Assembly: GCA_025356435.1 (NCBI GenBank)
Contig: JANXSY010000233.1
Location: forward strand, 7 to 64,006
Reading direction: 5' to 3'
DNA length: 64,000 bases
From: Isosphaeraceae bacterium
GTDB taxonomy: Bacteria > Planctomycetota > Planctomycetia > Isosphaerales > Isosphaeraceae
Part shown: piece by piece, positions 8,560 through 15,997 of the stretch
Layout: each line of letters starts with the position of its first letter
Position numbering within the stretch: position 1 is the first letter of the stretch
Notes under the pieces: model-generated
Seen by the model: only the letters and a program-made list of their open reading frames with translations
What the model was told of the DNA's origin: nothing
Database searches by the model: none
Program-made: the position numbers and the translations under genes

Positions 8560-8697
8560 ATCCACCAACACTTAACTCTGATTTTCGCACAAGAGCAATG
8601 AAATTCCAGTTCTTCTATCTTCACAAGCAATCATGTGCCCTCTCGCGGGTATTCTATCGCTTTCAAGTCGAAGGTATGTTAGTGGTGTTTGATTTAG

Positions 8698-8713
8698 TGG
8701 CATATCCTTTGCA
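8698..8713 (+). promoter_or_regulatory. sigma-54 type -24/-12 promoter (TGGCAT-ATCCT-TTGCA)
   Basis: TGGCATATCCTTTGCA with exact spacing, in the AT-rich divergent intergenic region about 180 nt upstream of the kinase ATG at 8896. Confidence 0.7.
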
Positions 8714-8895
8714 GACTGATTTTTCTATTCCGACTCTGAGAGCATCTTTGTCTTGAATAGAGTGTGAAGAGTTTTGCCTCAGGCCCCTTCATAAGTATTA
8801 CGACAAATGGGTTCATCACTCCAGTCAGCGCCATGATTGGCTCAACAGACCTAACCTCACCTTCACGGAGCGTCCAATAGGGCGCAGCCACCACG

Positions 8896-9591
8896 ATGAT
8901 CCCGTCTCCGATCCCCATCGACGTCGAGCTTCTCGCGACCATCGTCCACGATATTCGCAATCCCCTTAACGTGATTGGTCTCACGTTGCGGGTGATCGAG
9001 CAAATGCCTGATCATCTCCGCTCCGAGATTCAGGAAGACGTGGATTTCCTCCGCGATAACGCCGGTCAGATCGAGAAGATGCTCTCGCTCCTCAGCGATT
9101 TTTGCCGCCTAAGCGAGTTGGAGGACCCGGGCACCCCGGCCTCGTTCGATCCGAGGCGTTTCATCGAAGAAGTGCTCGCTGAGCGTGCGCATCGGGGGAA
9201 CGATAAAGCGTTTCCGGCCATCTTTACGAGAGACCCGTCCACCCCTGCTTCGGTGAATCTCGACCCGGTTCGAGCGAGGATCGCACTGCTGTGTGCTCTG
9301 ACCAATGCTGCGGGGGCCTCAGATTGCCCTCTCTCCGTTAGGACTTCGGGAACGGCTGACCGTTTGACGATTGCAATCATCGTGAAAAAGCCGCCGCCCT
9401 CCACGGTGTTCGCGAGAAGGGTGAATCCCGAGCAGTACGAGCGGCTTATTGCGACGCAAACCGAGCGGCGGGGCCTCGACCTGGCCATCGCCTCGTCCAT
9501 CTCGGCCCAGTTCGGCGGGTCGCTCCATCTCGATGTCGCGCCGAATGAAGGAACGACCATCGTGATCGACTGGCCCGTCAATTCGGCCTGA
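8896..9591 (+). CDS. cytoplasmic histidine kinase-like protein without sensor/TM domain
   Basis: ORF track 231 aa. H-box LLATIVHDIRNPLNVI. N-box-like LLCALTNAAGA. The G1 (DxGxG) box is not recognisable and the G2 reads RRGLDLAI. Confidence 0.75.
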   Translation: MIPSPIPIDVELLATIVHDIRNPLNVIGLTLRVIEQMPDHLRSEIQEDVDFLRDNAGQIEKMLSLLSDFCRLSELEDPGTPASFDPRRFIEEVLAERAHRGNDKAFPAIFTRDPSTPASVNLDPVRARIALLCALTNAAGASDCPLSVRTSGTADRLTIAIIVKKPPPSTVFARRVNPEQYERLIATQTERRGLDLAIASSISAQFGGSLHLDVAPNEGTTIVIDWPVNSA

Positions 9592-10267
9592 GTCCGGAAG
9601 TCAATCGGGCGGGAAGCTCATCGAGCATGCCGAAATCGAGGAGTCGCTCGCCTGTCCCCGCCCAACAGCGCAGCGAGCGGCCCGACCAGCGCTTCGGGAC
9701 GGGCATCTGGGCCACGTTAAGCCCTGCCGCGTTGTTGCTGAAGGCCGGGAGGACGATCGTCGATGGCCCGACGAGCAGGCACCGCGCCACCGTCCGTCCC
9801 ACGCGCAAGATCGGGTGATCGTGCCCCGAGATGGTGCAAGCTGCCTCGATCGGCCGATGCCCATGGGCGATTGTCCACCCGTCAACCTCGATCGTGAGCG
9901 GCGATCTCCGGCCGTGCTTGGGGTCGTGGTTGCCCAAGACTCGGATGAGTTCAACCCCGCGCACCTTCATCCAGCGTTCGAGCTCGACGAGATCCGCGGT
10001 GGTTCGCCGACACGGTAGGGGCGACTCGACGAGATCTCCCGCGACAATCAGTCGCGTGATTGGGCCTCTATCGAAGAGCGAGGTCAGCGACCGGATCGTC
10101 TCCGTGAGCGAATGGGCGGGCACGATATCTCCACCGGTCCCCCTTGCCCACTCATAACCGAGATGCACGTCGGCAATCACCGCCGTTCGCTCGGCGCGAT
10201 GTATGACAGCCCCCTCCGGCGCGAGCCACCAGCGACCGGGCCCTGGGACAAGGACGGATTGTGTCAT
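9578..10267 (-). CDS. pdeM: ligase-associated DNA damage response endonuclease PdeM (metallophosphoesterase)
   Basis: ORF track 229 aa. AVIADVHLGYEW...IVAGDLVES...VLGNHD...ISGHDHP are calcineurin-like motifs. ATGA overlap with the upstream helicase gene. Confidence 0.85.
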   Translation of the reverse strand: MTQSVLVPGPGRWWLAPEGAVIHRAERTAVIADVHLGYEWARGTGGDIVPAHSLTETIRSLTSLFDRGPITRLIVAGDLVESPLPCRRTTADLVELERWMKVRGVELIRVLGNHDPKHGRRSPLTIEVDGWTIAHGHRPIEAACTISGHDHPILRVGRTVARCLLVGPSTIVLPAFSNNAAGLNVAQMPVPKRWSGRSLRCWAGTGERLLDFGMLDELPARLTSGLRPN

Positions 10268-12867
10268 GATCCATCGGCTCGGGTGGTACCGAGGAGTCGG
10301 GCGTGAAGCCGGCCAAGCGCGTCGTCGGCGGTCTCGAAAGAAATGGCTTCGCGTCTGGACGAGGAGATCCAGGCCAGGGCGAACGGAGAGAGAGAGGGGA
10401 GCGATCGAAACCTGACCGTCGGCCCGGAGGCGAGCCAGTCGAGGGCCGAACGGGTATCGAGCAGGTCTTCGAGGACTTCTCGACGGGTCTCGCGGAGCAG
10501 GGGGTGGTCAGGGCACGCCGCCCGAACGAGAGGGTAGAGCCTGTTGCTCACCCAGAGCATCCCCCCCACACGCGTCCTGCCTCCTTCGGGATTGCGGAGC
10601 ACCATCAGGGCCGTCGCGGCGACGTGTCGGAATCGTCGGGCTATCAGTTCGCCCCGATCCAGGCCATCGACGACGTCATCGGCGAAGTCAACGGGCGAGA
10701 CGAGGGCAGGAATGTCGGCCGTCGCGAGCCGAAACCCGTCGGGTAGGCTGATCGACCAGCCGAGGTCGGCGATGGAGAGGGCAAGGTCGCGGCCGAATCG
10801 ACGTCCCAACCTCGCCCCCATGGCGCGGGCGAGGGCTTCGATGGCCGAACGCCCGAGGGGGGCGTGAAAGGTGTAGGTAAAGCCGGAGTCCTCTTCCGAC
10901 GGCGATTCCTCGACGAGGAGTAAGTCATCGGAAGGAACCTCACTCTCCCGCTCCTGCGCCGTGATGAGCGATTCGATGACGCCCGCAGCCTCGGGATCGA
11001 GGTCGTGCGTTTCCATCAACCATGAACGGAGCGACGAGGGCCCGTCGGCAAGAAGACTCGCGGCGCGGGTTCGAAAACCGGCGAGGTCGCGAGCCAGCTC
11101 GGGCGAAAGGCCCTGCCGGTCGCTCGACCAGCGAGGCAGATTGGGCTCACCGCCAGATGAGTTTGCGTGGACAACGGTGCCCTCGATGCGGCGAAATTCG
11201 AGCGATTGACCATCAAGGACGAACCGATCCCCAGGCTGGAGACGCTCGGCATAGGCCGATTCGAGGGTGCCTATTGGCGTCCCATTGGCGATGACGCGGC
11301 AAGACTCCTCAGAGGTGATCGTGCCGACGTTGCCCCAGAACCAGCGGATCACCCGACGACTCCTGATCCCAAACCGGCCGCGTGCCTTCCAGATTCGCGG
11401 AGCCGTCCACCGAGGGGCTGCGCCAGGTTCTGACTCATAGGCTCCGCTCGGCGCGGCGAGGTCTCCAGCGAGGAAATCGAGGCAGGCGTCGTAATCGGCA
11501 CGTGAAAGCCCAGACATCGGCCCCGCTTTGCTCACGAGGTTGTAGGAGTCGTCGGATTCGCATTCGCCGCCGCAGGCCATCCCGATGAGTTGCTGGCAGA
11601 GCACATCGAGCGGATTCTCCACCATCCGCAAGGGCTCGATCCGCCCCTCACGCGCCGCGTGGGCGGTGACGACGCCTCCGACCAATTCGGCTGGGGTGGC
11701 GGCGAGCAATAGACCACGCGTCGTCTCCCCGGGACGGTGCCCCGCCCGTCCGACTCGCTGGAGACAGCGTGAGGCGCTGCCGGGAAGGCCGACCAGAATC
11801 GAGAGGTCGGCGTCTCCGATATCGACCCCGAGTTCAAGGCTGGTGCTGGTGACGACCGCCTTGAGGTCCCCCGCCTTGAGCGACGCCTCGACCGCGCGTC
11901 GGCGATCCGCATCGAGCGCCGAGTGATGGGCGGCGATCGCGGCGGGCTCGACCGTACCCATCGCGCGGAGGTCATGAGTGACTTTCTCCGTGAAGGCCCG
12001 GGTGTTGGCGAACACGATCGTGGTCCGGTTCGCGGAGAGCGCCCGATCGAGGCGGCGGAGCAGGCGGCGATACGTCAGGCCGCGATGCGGCGATTCGTCG
12101 GCCTTGAGGAGCGATTCGACCTCGATCACGAGGTCTGAGCTTGGAGCCGGATCGGCCTCCAGAATCCGACAACGGCGGCCAGGTCCGACGAGAAATCGCG
12201 CGACCGGCTCGGCCGGACGACAGGTTGCGGAGAGGCCGATCCGGACTGGGTCAGAACCGGCCTTGGCCGCGAGTCGTTCGAGCGAGATGGCGAGGTCGGC
12301 CCCTCGTTTGTTCGGAACGAGCGAATGCACCTCATCGACGACCAGATGCGTCACACCTCGCCAGAGGGGAGTCCATGCGGATTGGCTGAGGAGGAGCGAG
12401 AGGCTCTCCGGCGTCGTGATCAGGAGGTGAGGGGGCTTGTCTCGCTGCTTCCGCCGATGATAGGCCGAGCTATCGCCAGTCCGGACGCCGACCTGAATTG
12501 GGCTCGAATCGAGGCCGAGTTGAAGGCGGATCGACTCAAGCGGGAGGCTCAGGTTTCGCTCGATGTCGTAACTGAGGCTGCGGAGCGGCGAGACGTAGAC
12601 GCAACGCAAGCCCGACGTGAGCGAGCCGGCCTCATGCTCGAGATAGAGTCGGTTGAGGATCGCCAGGAAGGCGGCGAGCGTCTTGCCAGTCCCGGTCGGC
12701 GAGACGAGCAGGGTATGCTCGCCAGCGTCGATGACGGGCCAGGCCAGCCGTTGCGCGGAGGTCGGACCCATCGGGAAGGTCGCCGCGAACCAGGTTCGGA
12801 CAGAACCCGAGAGCGGACCGAGTTCGGAGGGCGTGACAGGCTTATCAGTACGCATCCGAGCGGGCAA
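10264..12867 (-). CDS. ligase-associated DNA damage response DEXH-box helicase (Lhr-core type)
   Basis: ORF track 867 aa. Walker A SPTGTGKTLAAFL, DEVH box (LVVDEVHSL), helicase C motifs (VTSTSLELGVDIG, QRVGRAGH) and the Lhr-type C-terminal domain. Confidence 0.9.
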   Translation of the reverse strand: MPARMRTDKPVTPSELGPLSGSVRTWFAATFPMGPTSAQRLAWPVIDAGEHTLLVSPTGTGKTLAAFLAILNRLYLEHEAGSLTSGLRCVYVSPLRSLSYDIERNLSLPLESIRLQLGLDSSPIQVGVRTGDSSAYHRRKQRDKPPHLLITTPESLSLLLSQSAWTPLWRGVTHLVVDEVHSLVPNKRGADLAISLERLAAKAGSDPVRIGLSATCRPAEPVARFLVGPGRRCRILEADPAPSSDLVIEVESLLKADESPHRGLTYRRLLRRLDRALSANRTTIVFANTRAFTEKVTHDLRAMGTVEPAAIAAHHSALDADRRRAVEASLKAGDLKAVVTSTSLELGVDIGDADLSILVGLPGSASRCLQRVGRAGHRPGETTRGLLLAATPAELVGGVVTAHAAREGRIEPLRMVENPLDVLCQQLIGMACGGECESDDSYNLVSKAGPMSGLSRADYDACLDFLAGDLAAPSGAYESEPGAAPRWTAPRIWKARGRFGIRSRRVIRWFWGNVGTITSEESCRVIANGTPIGTLESAYAERLQPGDRFVLDGQSLEFRRIEGTVVHANSSGGEPNLPRWSSDRQGLSPELARDLAGFRTRAASLLADGPSSLRSWLMETHDLDPEAAGVIESLITAQERESEVPSDDLLLVEESPSEEDSGFTYTFHAPLGRSAIEALARAMGARLGRRFGRDLALSIADLGWSISLPDGFRLATADIPALVSPVDFADDVVDGLDRGELIARRFRHVAATALMVLRNPEGGRTRVGGMLWVSNRLYPLVRAACPDHPLLRETRREVLEDLLDTRSALDWLASGPTVRFRSLPSLSPFALAWISSSRREAISFETADDALGRLHARLLGTTRADGS

Positions 12868-13081
12868 AGGTCTGGCCCTCGCCTCGACTCCTGGTGACTT
12901 TCCTGGGGCGGACAGCGAGCGGGTCTAGCCTTCAACATATCGCAAGCCTGACCGCTTGGCCAGGTGGCGGGTTCAGGCCGATTTCGTCGCTCCGCCCTTG
13001 GGAACGTCTCCGGGCCTCTCGGTGAAACTTTCGAGACTCCGACGGAGGACGGGAGCAAGTGCGTCAAATCGCCCCGATTTG

Positions 13082-14590
13082 GACACTGTAGCAAGATTAC
13101 CGGGTCATGCCGCTCTCGCCTCGTGCAGGGTCTTGGTCGTTTCGGCCCGAGTTCGGGCCTGCTGCTCCCGGAACAGGTCCAATGCCAGCCGGACCTCGAT
13201 CGCTCGATGGGTCCGCACACGGTACACCGTCTTCTGCATCTTCCGGTAACGCCGATTCCCTCGCTCCACCGCGTTCGATGTCGCACCCAACTGCGTCTCG
13301 TCCAGGAACACCAGTGCCTTCGCCAGGCCCGGCATGAACAGCTTCTTCAAAACCTTCCGGAGTCGAACGAATCGCCGCAACCGCGCCCGCAATCGGGCCA
13401 GCTTGTCTAACGCGGTCGCCATCCGGCATCGCCGGTCGAAGAGGCGATAGACCTCTTCCATCAGACCGCGCAGACTGCGGAGTTGCGGCTGGCCCCGGCT
13501 GATTCGAGCCAGAACCTTCCGTTGCGAAGCCGTGAGGTGGTGTCGCACGAAGAGATAGCGGTGCTCGAACAGCGCACCGACCTTCCCCGCGATCCGCTTT
13601 TTGCGCCGGGCGGCTTGCCGTGCCGCCTTCGAGCCGGGACGGCCACGCGCCAACTTGGGGGCGGCCGACGCCAAGTCCTTGCGGAGCTTGGCCACCGCGC
13701 CGAGAACCGCTCTGGTCACTTCCTTGAGGATGTGGAAGGTGCAGAGTTGATGCGGCACCTGACCGAAGACCGTGGCGATCGGCTCGGGATACAGCGGCGA
13801 GCCGTCGGTCGTGATCCCCTTGAGGGTCAACCCTCGTGCCGCCAGGGCCGCCTGGAAACGGCGGAAGAACGCCTCGATATCGACGTGGATCGGGTCGTGG
13901 TCGAGAACCTGATAGAGCAGCCGCTTGAAGGTGCGGTTGTCGACGATCGAGAGGATGCAGAACGGGCCGTCATACAGCTCATCGGCGGCGATGTAGCCCG
14001 AGAAGTCCGACAGTGCCCAGTTGAGGTAGTCGGGGTCGATCCGTCGCGCCGCCTTTTTCCCCCCCGGCCTCGACCCAGTTTTGGATCGTTGCGAAGGGGA
14101 CGAACACGCGGTGCTCTCGCCAGAGGGTCCAACTGGCGGAGCGATAAGGCAGGCCGTCTTCGATGACGAATCGGACGGCGGCGGCGATGACACGTCGCGT
14201 GTAGTGACTGCCCGGGTCGGCGAGGTCGGTCATGTCGGCGTTGAAGTACTTATGGCAGGGTATGCAGTAATGTTGCGAGTAGATCAGTAGGATATCGCGA
14301 GGCCGTCCCGTGAGCGAGTTACCCAGGTCGTGGAGTGTGCGTCGCGCGACGCGATCGCGGTAGGAACTGTGACCGCAATGCGGACAAGGCCGTCTGCGGT
14401 AATTTCGGCTCCGGCACGCGACCTTGGTTTTGGGCAGGTCGTCGATACAGGTTGTGCCCTCGGTGGAATCGGGACGATATTCGCCAGGCCCTGGCATGAT
14501 GAGTCTCCTGGAAGAGCGGTTCTACCAGGAATTACGCTGACTCGTGGTATTTTGTTCACAAAATTGGCCCGGTAATCGTGCTATAGACTC
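13082..14590 (-). mobile_element. insertion sequence (about 1.5 kb) with imperfect terminal inverted repeats
   Basis: Left end GACACTGTAGCAAGATTACCGGG (13082-13104) matches the reverse complement of the right end CCCGGTAATCGTGCTATAGACTC (14568-14590) at 19 of 23 positions. The ends bracket the transposase reading frames exactly. I saw no clear target-site duplication. Confidence 0.7.
13105..14497 (-). pseudogene. DDE transposase split into two overlapping frames (zinc-ribbon N-terminus; ISL3/ISKra4-like, family not resolved)
   Basis: Track ORFs 13979-14497 (CPHCGHSSYRD... zinc ribbon/HTH part) and 13105-14193 (ADELYDGPFCILSIVD...ITTDGSPLYPE...QLCTFHILKE DDE part) overlap in different frames. 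A homopolymer run (plus strand TTTTTCCCCCCC, about 14054-14065) lies in the overlap. Confidence 0.75.
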
Positions 14591-14594
14591 TTAA

Positions 14595-14948
14595 TTGTCA
14601 TTGTTTATCTTGTATGCGAACAAGCCGGTAGTCTTTTTGAGCTTTGCACGATTTCAGGCCGGCTACCAGCCGACGGTTTCGCTTGTGGTGACCTGGGGCG
14701 GTGCCACGGTGTTCTCGGAATTGAACCCCGGGGAACAGCGCTATCACACATTCACCTTCAATGTCGTGGGTACCGGGTCTGATACGCTCCTATTCACTTC
14801 GGCCAATGACACGAGCTACACCTTCCTTGACGATGTCAGCGTCACGCTTGTTTCGACCCCCGAACCTTCAACCCTCATCTCTGCCGCCGTCGCCATCCTG
14901 GCCTGCGTCGGTAATGGTCGGCGTCGTGGTCGGGCGCGACTCGCCTGA
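14595..14948 (+). CDS. PEP-CTERM sorting-domain protein, probably a 5'-truncated remnant
   Basis: The C-terminus VSTPEPSTLISAAVAILACVGNGRRRGRARLA has the PEP motif, a TM helix and an Arg cluster. The ORF opens with a TTG only about 5 nt from the IS end and has no convincing signal peptide. Confidence 0.55.
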   Translation: MSLFILYANKPVVFLSFARFQAGYQPTVSLVVTWGGATVFSELNPGEQRYHTFTFNVVGTGSDTLLFTSANDTSYTFLDDVSVTLVSTPEPSTLISAAVAILACVGNGRRRGRARLA

Positions 14949-15069
14949 TCTCGACCATTGGCTCGTTCATCAACAGCCCCTGTCCTTCGCGGCGGGGGTT
15001 TCTTGTTTCGCTGAGGACAACTTCGGCCCGAGCATGAGTCAGGGGGCTGCAAAGTCTTCTGGCTTATGA

Positions 15070-15957
15070 TTGTCTTCCCGATGGGCCGTCGCGTGTCGTA
15101 GACTTGGGGCACCCCTTGATGTCCCTCGTCACGAGCGCCGGAAGGCTCGATCCGTGTCCGAATTGCCGATCAATAAGGTGTTGCCGCCGGCCGACCGCGA
15201 CCAGGGTCGGGCCTGGAGTCGTCAGGCTGCGCGGTATGGCGACCTGTTTCTCGACCCGTTTCGGCCAGGGGTCGAGAGTCCTCTACTGCCGGCCTTGGCG
15301 GATCTGCCGAGACCCGAGACGCTCACGGTGGCCGACCTCGGGTGCGGGATCGGGCCGCTGTTGCCTGATCTGGTCGGGAAATTTGGGCGAGTGATCGCCG
15401 TCGACTTCGCGCCGGGGATGATCGCCAAGGCAAAGAAACGGCTCGGCAAGGAGGCGGCGAAGGTCGAGTTCCTCGCGCGGCCGATGTTCGAACTCGATGA
15501 CCTTGCCGGTCAGCTTGATGTCGCTATCGCCGTTAACTCGATCGTCATGCCCGACGTCCGGGACATTGATCGCACCCTCTCGGCAATCCGGGCGGCGATG
15601 AAGCCTGACGGCGTCTTCTATGCCGTGTTGCCGGCGATGGACGCGATTCATTATCATACAATGATCCTGCATGACCAGGCGCTGGACCGTGGTCTCGAAC
15701 CCGAGGAGGCCGAGCGGCACGCGGCGTTTCATGCCGAGCATCATTTCTACGACTTCGCCCTCGGCCGATTCGGCTTCCTGGGCCTCCGCCAGAAGTTCTG
15801 GCAACCGTTCGAGGCCCGCCACCGCTTCGCCAAGGCCGGTTTCCGCGAGGTGGAACTCTCGCAGGTCCTCTACCCCTGGGACGATAGCATCGCCGGCTTC
15901 CAAGACTTTACGCACCTCCCCAAGAGCTGGGACTGGTTCGTCAAGGCGCGGCCGTGA
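15070..15957 (+). CDS. class I SAM-dependent methyltransferase
   Basis: ORF track 295 aa. Motif I VADLGCGIGPLLPDL and post-I VIAVDFAPGMI. The likelier start is the GTG at about 15154 (VSELPINK). Confidence 0.85.
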   Translation: MSSRWAVACRRLGAPLDVPRHERRKARSVSELPINKVLPPADRDQGRAWSRQAARYGDLFLDPFRPGVESPLLPALADLPRPETLTVADLGCGIGPLLPDLVGKFGRVIAVDFAPGMIAKAKKRLGKEAAKVEFLARPMFELDDLAGQLDVAIAVNSIVMPDVRDIDRTLSAIRAAMKPDGVFYAVLPAMDAIHYHTMILHDQALDRGLEPEEAERHAAFHAEHHFYDFALGRFGFLGLRQKFWQPFEARHRFAKAGFREVELSQVLYPWDDSIAGFQDFTHLPKSWDWFVKARP

Positions 15958-15997
15958 CCCGGTCGTTGACAACATAACGCCGGGGAGATGTTCCTTG

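Noticed and set aside
8586-8596. The motif CACAAGAG recurs at about 8588, 17461 and 62927
   Set aside because: An 8-mer is expected about twice by chance in 128 kb of two-strand sequence. The three contexts are unrelated (an enhancer region, a hairpin arm, the suf insert).
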